In this document: positions 48,745-57,662 of the stretch, one piece after another | Position numbering within the stretch: position 1 is the first letter of the stretch | How the letters are laid out: each line of letters begins with the position of its first letter | Assembly (NCBI GenBank): GCA_001629255.1 | Contig: LURZ01000032.1 | Location: forward strand, 1 to 59,782 | Source: Marine group II euryarchaeote REDSEA-S42_B7 | GTDB taxonomy: Archaea; Thermoplasmatota; Poseidoniia; Poseidoniales; Thalassarchaeaceae | Direction: 5' to 3' | DNA: 59,782 nucleotides | The notes under the pieces: generated by a model | Databases searched by the model: none | What the model saw: the letters and a program-made list of their open reading frames with translations, nothing else | Told to the model about the DNA's origin: nothing | Translations under genes and position numbers: made by a program

Positions 48745-50013
48745 TCAGGAAATAAGTTGGTCTACTAGCCAGTTAGGATTGAACGGCTCCAGATCATCAT
48801 ATCCCTGACCGGTTCCTATCAGGACAATCGGCCTTCCAGTCGCATGGGATATAGAGAGGGCGGCGCCCCCTCTTGCATCTGTGTCCAGTTTGCAAAGTGC
48901 TGCTCCGTCGAAGGACAGCCTTCTCTGGAACTCTATCGCCTGGTTTACAGCATCGTTACCTGCAAGGGCATCTGCCACGAATATCACTAGGTGGGGTTTT
49001 GTCACTCTGTGGACCTTCTGAAGCTCTTCCATCAGATTTGCCTTGTTCTGCATTCTACCGGAAGTGTCGATGATGACTACCTCGTCTCCCCTGGCCCTAG
49101 CGCTCTCAATCGCATCCCTAGCAACCGCTGCCGAATCGCCCCCCCTTTGGCTCTTGATGCATCTGACGCCCAGGCGATCGGCATGAGCGGCCAGTTGGTC
49201 TATTGCACCAGCTCGGAATGTGTCCGCAGCGGCGAGAACTACGTCGAATCCCTGGTCGTCCAGCCTCTTAGCGATCTTCGCTGAGGTCGTGGTCTTACCT
49301 GTTCCATTGACGCCCACCATCATGATTACTACAGGCGAATCGGATGAGACTAGGTCTCTGATGGTCTTGTCGAAGTCCCAATACCCTGATCTGAGCAGAG
49401 ACAGAATGGCGCCTTTTAGCGCCCTTTCCACTACCTCCTCGAACGGGGCACTACGACCTACTCGGGATCCGATTAGGTGCGCACGGAGGCTGTCAATCAG
49501 ATCAGAGGATGCCTCGTGACCCATATCCGATGAGAGTAGTTCGTCCTCCAGATCCTCCAGAATCGAGTCTAATACGGGTCCTCCGCTGATCACCATCCCT
49601 CCTCTGTTTGTCTCGTGCTCTGAAATGTCTATCTCGAACTTCACGTCGGATTGGATTAACCTCCTCCCGGTGGTTGAATCCATTGCATTACTCTCTATTG
49701 GAGGTTGTAAGGGGCTTTCTGCATCTCTTAGTGCCTGATCTCTTGCTGCGAGCTTCCTCTCCTTGGGACTACTTGGTTTTTGGAACGGGTCTTCGACTTC
49801 GTCTTCAAATTCGTCCCATTCGCTTTTTGGTACAGTTTTCGAGTTTCCTTCCTTTCCAGAATCCTCTTGTTCCCTGGTTTTCCTTATGTCCTCTTCCAGT
49901 GATAACCGGTTTTGTAGTGCTTGCTCCGCTTCCGCGGACCCGTCCTCGGCAGTGATACCATAGTCCTCGTCGGCTTGCTTAATCTTCATTCGGAATCGGT
50001 CGAAGAGCCCCAT
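48745..50013 (-). CDS. ftsY: SRP receptor FtsY
   Basis: GVNGTGKTT, DTFRAGA, DTSGR, KLDTDARGG, GTGQGYDDL; acidic N-terminal region. Confidence 0.97.
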   Translation of the reverse strand: MGLFDRFRMKIKQADEDYGITAEDGSAEAEQALQNRLSLEEDIRKTREQEDSGKEGNSKTVPKSEWDEFEDEVEDPFQKPSSPKERKLAARDQALRDAESPLQPPIESNAMDSTTGRRLIQSDVKFEIDISEHETNRGGMVISGGPVLDSILEDLEDELLSSDMGHEASSDLIDSLRAHLIGSRVGRSAPFEEVVERALKGAILSLLRSGYWDFDKTIRDLVSSDSPVVIMMVGVNGTGKTTTSAKIAKRLDDQGFDVVLAAADTFRAGAIDQLAAHADRLGVRCIKSQRGGDSAAVARDAIESARARGDEVVIIDTSGRMQNKANLMEELQKVHRVTKPHLVIFVADALAGNDAVNQAIEFQRRLSFDGAALCKLDTDARGGAALSISHATGRPIVLIGTGQGYDDLEPFNPNWLVDQLIS

Positions 50014-50022
50014 GTTCAGTCC

Positions 50023-50544
50023 TCAGTCATCCAGGGTTAGCTCGGTTCCCCTCTTCCTTCTGGGCTTCCGCTTATTGGGGGCATCCGTTGATTGCTGTTT
50101 GTCGTTCGGTGCTTCTTCAGAAGGAGGTTGTGCTCCCTCCACGGCGTCATTGAACCTAGTGGCCAGTTCTACAACGTGTTTTTCCAGTTCTTGATATTCC
50201 TTTCTTAATGATTCCATGATATCATTCAGTTCCTCATTTCTCTTGCTCAGAATCTGAGCGGCTTCCCCTCTTGTTTTCTCGGCCTGGATCCTGCTGCCAA
50301 TATCAATGACTGCTCCTCCATCGGGAGGAATGTCAGCGACAAGTTGAACTCCTGCCCCTAGAGGAATCATGGCCCCATTGGCTCCATCTTGTGATATCGA
50401 CAAGAGGGCTTCCAGTGCATGCTCCTGTTCCACCTTTATTCCTTCGAGGTTTCGAAGCTGTTGCTCTAGGGCTTGGAGCCTCTCCCGGTTAACCTCAACC
50501 AATCGGGCAATCCTCTGAAGCTCGGTCCTGTCTGGCTCCGTCAT
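50023..50544 (-). CDS. pfdA: prefoldin alpha subunit
   Basis: Coiled coil, IPLGAG..IDIGSRIQAEK beta-hairpins, coiled coil; canonical position upstream of ftsY. Confidence 0.9.
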   Translation of the reverse strand: MTEPDRTELQRIARLVEVNRERLQALEQQLRNLEGIKVEQEHALEALLSISQDGANGAMIPLGAGVQLVADIPPDGGAVIDIGSRIQAEKTRGEAAQILSKRNEELNDIMESLRKEYQELEKHVVELATRFNDAVEGAQPPSEEAPNDKQQSTDAPNKRKPRRKRGTELTLDD

Positions 50545-50621
50545 GTTCTTCGGGATGGACGGAGTGCAATGAATGCGTCGCCGTGATTTTGCTTCATCAA
50601 TTTGGGATTTCGGAATAGGTC

Positions 50622-51506
50622 CTATTCTCCGTCCCAGATCCCTTCTGTAATCATGAAGTCCATCACCCTCTCAGAAACGTTGGCTCTGTTGCCCCCTCTA
50701 ACTCCGGTGGCAGAGACCTCGAACACCTCAGCTGGAATATCCTTCGCCTCCCTTACCTCATATCCCACTTTGCGGCCATATGAGACGGCCTCGATATCTG
50801 GCATTATCCATGCCTCTACATCCTCATCTGCGTACCTGTGCTCGATCATTCGCTTGCGAAGGAGGGCGGAGTACGGGTCCTTCTCAGATACTGGCGTGTC
50901 CCTAATGCCAACTACTACCTTGTTGCCTAGGTCTAGTTCCTGTTGGATCAGCCATTCATGGCCTACGTGCAATGGTTGCCAGCGGCCCGGGAGCAGCACG
51001 GCCTTATTTTTCTCGAAGAGGTGGGATAGTTGGTCCACCATATCATCCACCGTGTGACCGTCTTCCCCGCTAGAGTCGAGTGTGAAGTGGGCACAATTGG
51101 GTTCATCGAATGGATCCGAAATACCAGTGAAATTGGATATCGCCCCCGATCTAGCCTTGGCGTACAGTCCCTTTACATCTCTTTTCTCGCAGACTTCGAG
51201 AGTGGTAGAGACGTGGACCATGACTGAGTTTTTTGGAAGAATGTCCAGTATCTTCTCTCTGACGCTCTCGTAAGGCGTGATGAACGAGCATATCACCGGT
51301 GTGTGCTTGGACAATAGAGTGGCCATCTTTGCAATACCAAGGAGGTGTCTTTCCCTTCCCTCTCTAGAGAAGTCTTGGTTTGAGAAGAAATCCCTGATGG
51401 TGTCGCCGTCCAGAAGTTCGGCTCCGTACCGCTCGCAAGCAGCCTCGGCTATGGTTGTCTTTCCGGCCCCTGAAAGCCCAATCAGCCATACTACCTTGTT
51501 CCCCAT
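50622..51506 (-). CDS. cysC: adenylyl-sulfate kinase fused to a HxGH nucleotidyltransferase domain
   Basis: GLSGAGKTT, LDGD..R, RDVKGLY, FTGISDP; C-terminal GRWQPLHVGH..SAT.VR; start moved to ATG 51506. Confidence 0.9.
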   Translation of the reverse strand: MGNKVVWLIGLSGAGKTTIAEAACERYGAELLDGDTIRDFFSNQDFSREGRERHLLGIAKMATLLSKHTPVICSFITPYESVREKILDILPKNSVMVHVSTTLEVCEKRDVKGLYAKARSGAISNFTGISDPFDEPNCAHFTLDSSGEDGHTVDDMVDQLSHLFEKNKAVLLPGRWQPLHVGHEWLIQQELDLGNKVVVGIRDTPVSEKDPYSALLRKRMIEHRYADEDVEAWIMPDIEAVSYGRKVGYEVREAKDIPAEVFEVSATGVRGGNRANVSERVMDFMITEGIWDGE

Positions 51507-51544
51507 GATGGAATCCCTGTGTGCCGGCGACTCGCGTCGGTCAT

Positions 51545-52345
51545 TTAATCCTGATTCTGAGCCCAAATATCGTTCCACTTGGAACTGCATGTGACCAAGA
51601 AGTATGGATTCAGCACTTCATCGACTAAATCGTACACCAAGGGTTCGCACTGTGGCGATAGGACGAAACCCCCTGCTGCTTCCACAACAGCATGGGCTGC
51701 GGCTATGTCCCAGCAGGAGGTTGGGCCAAATCGAGGATACAGGTCCGCAGAGCCTTCTGCAACGATACATGCCTTGAGGGATGAGCCCATTCTCACAAGT
51801 TCGTGGTCTCCTAATTCCCTCGCGAATTTCTCATCTCTTTCCGCTCGGTGGCTTCCACTTGCTACGAGCCGTGGTTGGGTGCTTGTCTGTTTTTTTACCG
51901 AGATTTCCGAGGTTTCTGCGTCGGTGATTTTGGTTGCTGGAACATCAACCCCTCCGAACCAAGTCGTTCTATTCACAGGGGCGTGAACTACTCCGAAAAT
52001 CGGCTTCCACTTGGGACCCATCCTCTTCATCAGAGCGATGTTGACTGTGAACATTCCATTTCTTTTGATGAACTCCTTGGTTCCATCAAGTGGGTCTACA
52101 AGCCATGCTAATTCACTTTTTTTTGGATCTCCTACCCTTCCCTCTTCGGAGACCACGGGAACTTCTGGATTGATGGTGGACAGGCCTCTGATGATGGTCT
52201 TGTGCGCGGCTATGTCCGCTTTGGTGAGCGGAGAGTCGTCGTCCTTAGACTGTACCTCGATCTGAACCGATGAGTCGTAGACGTCCATTATTGACAGACC
52301 GGCCTCGATGGCGATTCCCACGATTTCAAAGTGGTCAAACTGCAT
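51545..52345 (-). CDS. cysQ: 3'(2'),5'-bisphosphate nucleotidase
   Basis: KDDDSPLTKAD, SEE, VDPLDGTKEF, FTVNIAL, GSSLK, WDIAAAHA. Confidence 0.93.
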   Translation of the reverse strand: MQFDHFEIVGIAIEAGLSIMDVYDSSVQIEVQSKDDDSPLTKADIAAHKTIIRGLSTINPEVPVVSEEGRVGDPKKSELAWLVDPLDGTKEFIKRNGMFTVNIALMKRMGPKWKPIFGVVHAPVNRTTWFGGVDVPATKITDAETSEISVKKQTSTQPRLVASGSHRAERDEKFARELGDHELVRMGSSLKACIVAEGSADLYPRFGPTSCWDIAAAHAVVEAAGGFVLSPQCEPLVYDLVDEVLNPYFLVTCSSKWNDIWAQNQD

Positions 52346-52353
52346 AGGGCCCC

Positions 52354-52905
52354 CTAGAAGTCCTCTAGACTGTCAGCGGATTCTTCGAGGTCTTTCCTCG
52401 CTTCTTCACTTAGATAGAACAAAAATGGGTCCTCGTCTCCCATAATGTCCTTCCAAGAGGACATAGCCCTAGCCCAAATCTCCTCTCTCGAGTTCCAATC
52501 GAGCATTCTGTCTACAAACTCGCAGTATCTTTGTACCTCCTCGTCCTCCGGAGCAACCCTACGAAGTATCTCATTTGTCTGTGCGATCACTATCCCCCAG
52601 GTTGGGTTCAGCTTGTACGTCGAGAATGGGTTCCTCTCTTGGTTTACTGTGATGTGGTCTCTCCAAAGACCGAATGTCACGTCGTATGAGAAGCCCGCGA
52701 TCAGTACAATACCGAGAACTAGGACGGCGATTGAAATCAGGCCGAGGTACGTCATTGGGATGAATAGAAGGGTCTCATCCGAATTAAATCTCCAAGAAAC
52801 ATAGGGCCACACCAGGAGAGTGATTGTTGCCGTCCAAAAGCCCAAACTGATTATTGCTTGGCTTTGCTGGATACGCCAGTATTGCCGCATTGCCCACTTC
52901 TGCAT
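52354..52905 (-). CDS. hypothetical two-TM membrane protein
   Basis: SD GGAGG; two TM helices; ERNPF motif; co-oriented in the operon. Confidence 0.75.
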   Translation of the reverse strand: MQKWAMRQYWRIQQSQAIISLGFWTATITLLVWPYVSWRFNSDETLLFIPMTYLGLISIAVLVLGIVLIAGFSYDVTFGLWRDHITVNQERNPFSTYKLNPTWGIVIAQTNEILRRVAPEDEEVQRYCEFVDRMLDWNSREEIWARAMSSWKDIMGDEDPFLFYLSEEARKDLEESADSLEDF

Positions 52906-52975
52906 ATTATTGCCTCCACAGCGCCCCCTTTCACCATTGCCCAGCTAAGTACGGAGAAACCCACGAAATGGGTTC

Positions 52976-53242
52976 TTATTCTTCCTCGCTCTTGGGTTGG
53001 GTTCCTCTGTAGTCAGAAGGAGTTCCGAAGTGAGCGATCACTCTGGGTGCTGTCGATTCGGAAGGGTCTATCTCGGATAAGTCATCGATTACAACGAAGC
53101 GTCTGGTCACCCTATGTCTGCTTCCAAAGTTGGATAGCACTCGCTCCATAGCATCGTCCTTGTTTGCTGCTACCACATCGACTGAGTATGGTTGGACCCT
53201 CTTCCCCGCTCTGAACGTGCCCGTCGCTCTGAATACCTTCAT
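52976..53242 (-). CDS. rpl18a: 50S ribosomal protein eL20 (L18Ae/LX)
   Basis: MKVFRATG.F..A.ERVLSNFGSRHRV.R..I..I pattern; start ATG 53242. Confidence 0.9.
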   Translation of the reverse strand: MKVFRATGTFRAGKRVQPYSVDVVAANKDDAMERVLSNFGSRHRVTRRFVVIDDLSEIDPSESTAPRVIAHFGTPSDYRGTQPKSEEE

Positions 53243-53335
53243 GGCGCGGCCGAGATAGGGTCCCGATTTAACCGAAGCGGGTGAGTCGTTCCTCAAGGTT
53301 CAAGTGAACGTGGGTTTGGTAAGATCCGAGCCAGT

Positions 53336-53755
53336 ATGACTGTGAACACTCCCTCGAAGGATGATGGGCGTGGCCTTCGGGAGCGTTTGGAAGACATACC
53401 CAGGGGGAGGCTTGTAGACGAGGTGGTGTCCAGATGGGACGATATGATTCGCCTGGAAGGGGAGATTGCAAGCCTGAGGAGAAGGGTGAGGGAGGCAGAG
53501 TTGGTAGCGAAGGGTTCGACTACCGAGGGACCGCTCTTGAGCGATTTGGAGGAGAGGCTGAGGGTCGCTGACTCGAGGGTTAGGCAGCTGGAAGGGATGG
53601 TGGAAAACGAGAAGGCGCGTAGAATGGGGGCTGAGGCAGATGCTGACAGGCTCACAGAGCTCCAGGAGGAGAATGCAAGGCTTCTGAGGAATGAGGAGGA
53701 GTTGCTACTTCTTGTTCTGGATATGGAGACGCAAATCGATCGCCTGTCCGCATAG
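53336..53755 (+). CDS. coiled-coil hypothetical protein
   Basis: E/R/L-rich heptad composition; the antisense ORF is its Ser-rich shadow. Confidence 0.75.
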   Translation: MTVNTPSKDDGRGLRERLEDIPRGRLVDEVVSRWDDMIRLEGEIASLRRRVREAELVAKGSTTEGPLLSDLEERLRVADSRVRQLEGMVENEKARRMGAEADADRLTELQEENARLLRNEEELLLLVLDMETQIDRLSA

Positions 53756-53762
53756 GGGCGTT

Positions 53763-54245
53763 TCATTCCTCCGAATCGCTGGGATGAGGGATGTCTTTGT
53801 CGTCATCGATGACGGCGGTTGAACCAGATAGGAGGCCGGCAATTCCTACAAGGGTCAGGAGTGCTTTATCCCATCTTGAAGCGGGTTTATCCGACTCGGG
53901 CAATAGATCTTGAATCTCTGGGAAGAACGGTTCGATTTCCCTGTTATCGAACCACATGGAGCCGCACTTCAGGCAGCCGTCAATCTCCATTGACGAATCC
54001 TTGCTCGTCGGCACCGGCCCCTTGACCATCTCACCATGGCAGGTCGGGCAGCGGTAGCCTGCGCTCTTTCCGTTGAAGACTCCGTTGCGAAGGTTCCTCA
54101 ACGATGTCTGTCTGATGTTGGCATTCAGCCACCTATCGCTAGCCAGGATCCCGAAGCAGTAGCTACAGTGATGCATGTGTCCAGCAACAATGTCTCCATG
54201 TGCATCCATTTCGGAGTTGCAACAGGGGCAGGTGACCTCGGGCAC
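53763..54245 (-). CDS. tandem zf-TFIIB-type zinc-ribbon protein
   Basis: CPCC..CSYC and CPTC..IDGCLKCGSMWFD motifs. Confidence 0.75.
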   Translation of the reverse strand: MPEVTCPCCNSEMDAHGDIVAGHMHHCSYCFGILASDRWLNANIRQTSLRNLRNGVFNGKSAGYRCPTCHGEMVKGPVPTSKDSSMEIDGCLKCGSMWFDNREIEPFFPEIQDLLPESDKPASRWDKALLTLVGIAGLLSGSTAVIDDDKDIPHPSDSEE

Positions 54246-54293
54246 GCTGGTGGAGATGTGGTTACAGGTTTGATAGTGTCTGAGTTTTGTTCA

Positions 54294-55097
54294 TCACCGA
54301 ATGCCTTCTATTAGGTCAGTGAGTACTGCCTGAAGCTCACTCGCATCATCATATTCCTCAGTAATATTGCCGGTGATAATCCAGTCCGCCCCCGATTCTG
54401 CTGCGGTTCTCGCCGACTTTGCATCCCTGATTCCGCCACCCACGATTATAGGAAGTTCGCAGGAGTTACGGGCTGTCTTGATCAGTTCAGGATTCACTGG
54501 GTTCCGTGAACCGCTGCCGGCCTCGAGGTACAGCAATCTGAACCCCAGAAATTCTGCGGCCATCGAGTATGCGGCCACTCTTTCATGATCATCGTATCCA
54601 ATGAGGTCCGCCTTTCCTACCTCTCCTGCCTTCCCACCCGGCTCGCATATGAGGTAGCCCATTGGAACTGGTTCGATTCCTGATTTTTTGACGAATGGCG
54701 CTCCTCGAACCTGTTCTCCGATGAGGAATCTGGGGTCCTTGGAGTTCATCAGCATCATGAAAGTAATTCCATCTGCATCGGGGGAGAGGGCAGCGGCTCC
54801 TTGAGGGAACAGAACAACCGGAATCTGGCTGGGATTCTCGTCCGAATCGGAGTCCTGAGTCGAAGCCCACGTTACTAACTCTAGTGCCTCCTTTATTGAG
54901 ACGATTGTGGCATGAACGTTCTTCATATCCGTATCTGAAGAACCACCGACAAGAATCATTCGTGAGCCGGCGTTGGCAGCTGCGAGAGCCCTATTGGCTG
55001 CTACATCGGGAGACTGGTCGGCCGGGTCGATAACGATCGCGTGCCTAGTTCCCTGCGCTCTTTCACACATATACTGGCTTAACAGACCCATGCGCAC
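54294..55097 (-). CDS. geranylgeranylglyceryl phosphate synthase (group II)
   Basis: IDP, LVGGS, VLFP, ADG..FM.LMNS, GYLICEPG, YLEAGSG, VGGGIRD, GAD.I.TGN. Confidence 0.93.
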   Translation of the reverse strand: MRMGLLSQYMCERAQGTRHAIVIDPADQSPDVAANRALAAANAGSRMILVGGSSDTDMKNVHATIVSIKEALELVTWASTQDSDSDENPSQIPVVLFPQGAAALSPDADGITFMMLMNSKDPRFLIGEQVRGAPFVKKSGIEPVPMGYLICEPGGKAGEVGKADLIGYDDHERVAAYSMAAEFLGFRLLYLEAGSGSRNPVNPELIKTARNSCELPIIVGGGIRDAKSARTAAESGADWIITGNITEEYDDASELQAVLTDLIEGIR

Positions 55098-55100
55098 TAC

Positions 55101-55754
55101 CTACTCACTAGGGGTGCTCTGTATTATTGTTTCAATAATATTTTCAGCGCGTTCCTTCCCCAACTCCACCTGATCTCGAATAAATGAATCGGGGTTCTCC
55201 CCTCTCCAAATCATTGTCTGTATCCACTTTCCGGTTTTTTCAAGCTCTTGACTGCTCCAAACCTCTGTAGTTCCATCTGGTCTAGAGCCCTGACGAAGCG
55301 TATCAGGAGAGTCCTCAGATCTACAGACGCCCCCGTACCATTGGGCCTGACCACTGACATCGCTACAGAAGTCTAGAAGGTAGTCGAAGGTTAGAGAGCC
55401 CTGCCCAATGGACCCGGCCCCAACGAAGTCTATACTATCATCTGAGATGGTGATTATTCTAGTCCTCAGATGGAAGATGCATCCCCTTTTTGCCAGCTGG
55501 ATCCCCATTGCCTTCTGAAGCCAGGACCCCCGGACAGCCTTAGAAGTCGGTTCGGGAGTCTGAGAGCCCAATTCGGATATCCAGTGAGTAGGGCATGGGG
55601 GCCACGAGGATAGTAGGCCTGGAGTCTCCTCGACAAGGCCTATCTCTGCCCTCTCAGTAATGATCTGGATTTCCATTTCTGAATTCAAATCCAAAGCGTG
55701 ATTGGCTCCAGATAGAGATGCGAGGTTATCCCCGAGAATAACGAGTCTGATCAT
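55101..55754 (-). CDS. truncated, degenerate FAD-Rossmann (geranylgeranyl-reductase-like) protein
   Basis: N-terminal beta-alpha-beta LVILGDNLASL..IITERAEIG; ATGA overlap with the ferredoxin stop. Confidence 0.6.
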   Translation of the reverse strand: MIRLVILGDNLASLSGANHALDLNSEMEIQIITERAEIGLVEETPGLLSSWPPCPTHWISELGSQTPEPTSKAVRGSWLQKAMGIQLAKRGCIFHLRTRIITISDDSIDFVGAGSIGQGSLTFDYLLDFCSDVSGQAQWYGGVCRSEDSPDTLRQGSRPDGTTEVWSSQELEKTGKWIQTMIWRGENPDSFIRDQVELGKERAENIIETIIQSTPSE

Positions 55755-55978
55755 GCAAGCACCCCATAGACAGGGGTCTTTTCGTCTCTGACTAGGGATA
55801 ATGCGTGAACGGGGCATGCCGGGATGCAGTGCTCGCAGTGAGTGCAGCTGGGCTCATCGACGATGGCAAGTAATCCCTCGAGCGAGAGTGCATTTACGGG
55901 GCATAGTGCCACACATGCGGCGCAGCCAAAACACCGATCCTCATCCACTTCGAACAGAAGTCCCACCTGTCTGCCCAT
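55751..55978 (-). CDS. 2x[4Fe-4S] ferredoxin
   Basis: CFGCAACVALCP and CTHCEHCIPACP motifs. Confidence 0.93.
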   Translation of the reverse strand: MGRQVGLLFEVDEDRCFGCAACVALCPVNALSLEGLLAIVDEPSCTHCEHCIPACPVHALSLVRDEKTPVYGVLA

Positions 55979-56012
55979 GCCCCTGCCACGTTGAATGTGA
56001 CCTCAATGTTAT

Positions 56013-56200
56013 CCCCAACCCCCTGTGTTCCACTAGAACGATCATGATCGTGTTGAACAAAGGACCTTCTATGGTAGAATCCTGATGACTTCAGTAGACA
56101 ATAGAGGCTCTTCCGCTTTCAAACTATAATCATTTACAATAACCAGAGATATTTTTGAAATTCACCTCTAACTATTGGAGTGGAAGTAGGGGGGTTGGGG
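56013..56200. other. candidate replication origin: inverted ORB-like repeats flanking an AT-rich segment
   Basis: Minus 56013-56039 reads GTTCTAGTGGAACACAGGGGGTTGGGG; plus 56174-56200 reads ATTGGAGTGGAAGTAGGGGGGTTGGGG (20/27 identical); 56117-56163 has 37/47 A+T. Confidence 0.65.
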
Positions 56201-56240
56201 GAGGGTCTCCTTCATATCCCAAGAACCTGTAGTGTAAGAC

Positions 56241-57548
56241 ATGGTCCTATACACTGCAGGCTCCTCCTCCTCATATCCAGATAAACCTCCTGAAAAGGGA
56301 ATACGATTCCACTTCCTAGGAGGTGCGGGCGAGGTCGGAAATGTTGGCTGTATAATCGAGGACAGCGACCGCAATCGAATCCTCATAGACTACGGTCTGG
56401 CACCGACGAAACCCCCCCGGTATCCATCTGAGTCACCACCCGTGAAGCACGCTATCATGACACACGCACACATTGATCATATCGGCATGGCTCCCTGGCT
56501 AGCAACCTATGGCACTCTCCTCCATGGTACAGACCTAACCGCAGCCGTTTCGGAAATAATGTGGTCAGACACATACAAGGTCTCTGACATAGAGGGATAC
56601 CCGCTAGCTTGGGACAAGAGGGACATGGAAGTGGCCCTAGACTCATGGATGCCCCACCAGTTCGGTAAGTGGTTCACAGTGGGTGACTGGAAATGTAGGC
56701 TCCACCCCGCTGGACATATCCCTGGTGCAGCAATGATAGAAATCAAAACGCCACAAGCCACCATTCTCTGGACAGGCGATCTGGATACGAGAAACAGTCC
56801 GAATGCACCACAAGCAGTGCCAGTTGACTGCGATATATTGTGCATGGAAGGTACATACGGCGGTCGTACGCACCCCAACAGGGAGGAGGAAGAGGGGCGC
56901 TTCGTCTCTCGAGTACTGGAAGTCGTCTCCAGAGGGGGTACCGCACTGGTCCCGGCCTTCGCCTCGGGTAGAGGACAGGATATCCTCCGAATCCTCCACA
57001 AAGAAGCCCCTGGCTTGGATGTCCACTACGACGGGATGGGCACTAGAGTTACTAGGGAGTGGCTGGGTTGTCCCGAGTTCATCAGAGATGCAAGAGCGAT
57101 GGAGTCAGCCTACCGATGGGCTCGGAGGGTTTCAGGAAAGTCGGATAGGAAGAAGGCATTGCATGCGGACGTCATAGTAACTACCAGCGGAATGCTTGAT
57201 GGAGGGCCGGCTCTTTGGTATCTCAACAGGCTGAGGCACGACGGCTCGAACGCTATCCTACTTACGGGGTATCAAGCCGAGGGTTCAGGGGGGCGCCGTC
57301 TTCTAGAGACTGGCAGACTACCAATATTCGGGAACCAGACACGGATCCCATTAGAGATTGACAAGTTCGAGCTTTCCAACCACGCAGACCATCCGTCACT
57401 ATGCGAATTCGCCCGAAAATGCGAACCCTCGCATGTCGTACTATTCCACGCCGATGGGGGTGCGGCGAAGGCGATCGAAGCAGACCTCGCAGTGGAAATA
57501 AAGGTGCATTTACCCTCAAACAACGAAACACTGGAGATCTCCGATTAG
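56241..57548 (+). CDS. beta-CASP metallo-beta-lactamase ribonuclease
   Basis: FLGGAGEVG, THAHIDH, AGHIPG, TGD, EGTYG, TGYQ, LSNHAD. Confidence 0.9.
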   Translation: MVLYTAGSSSSYPDKPPEKGIRFHFLGGAGEVGNVGCIIEDSDRNRILIDYGLAPTKPPRYPSESPPVKHAIMTHAHIDHIGMAPWLATYGTLLHGTDLTAAVSEIMWSDTYKVSDIEGYPLAWDKRDMEVALDSWMPHQFGKWFTVGDWKCRLHPAGHIPGAAMIEIKTPQATILWTGDLDTRNSPNAPQAVPVDCDILCMEGTYGGRTHPNREEEEGRFVSRVLEVVSRGGTALVPAFASGRGQDILRILHKEAPGLDVHYDGMGTRVTREWLGCPEFIRDARAMESAYRWARRVSGKSDRKKALHADVIVTTSGMLDGGPALWYLNRLRHDGSNAILLTGYQAEGSGGRRLLETGRLPIFGNQTRIPLEIDKFELSNHADHPSLCEFARKCEPSHVVLFHADGGAAKAIEADLAVEIKVHLPSNNETLEISD

Positions 57549-57619
57549 GGTTTTGCAGAGTAAAAAACGGCCTTTTTGGCGCGTATTGTAAATAAGCCGT
57601 GGTGCTACTCGGACAATCA

Positions 57620-57637
57620 GGTGAGTGCAAACTCACC
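57620..57637 (+). promoter_or_regulatory. GNRA-capped hairpin in the NCS2 permease leader
   Basis: Perfect stem GGTGAGT-GCAA-ACTCACC, 25 nt upstream of ATG 57663. Confidence 0.5.
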
Positions 57638-57662
57638 AATAGAAAAAAACAATGGTGAAAAA

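Noticed and set aside
56013-56205. MITE or G-quadruplex explanation of the 56.1-kb inverted repeat
   Set aside because: No target-site duplication or second copy was seen in the window, and the AGTGGAA core plus G-string fits ORBs better. Not fully excluded.
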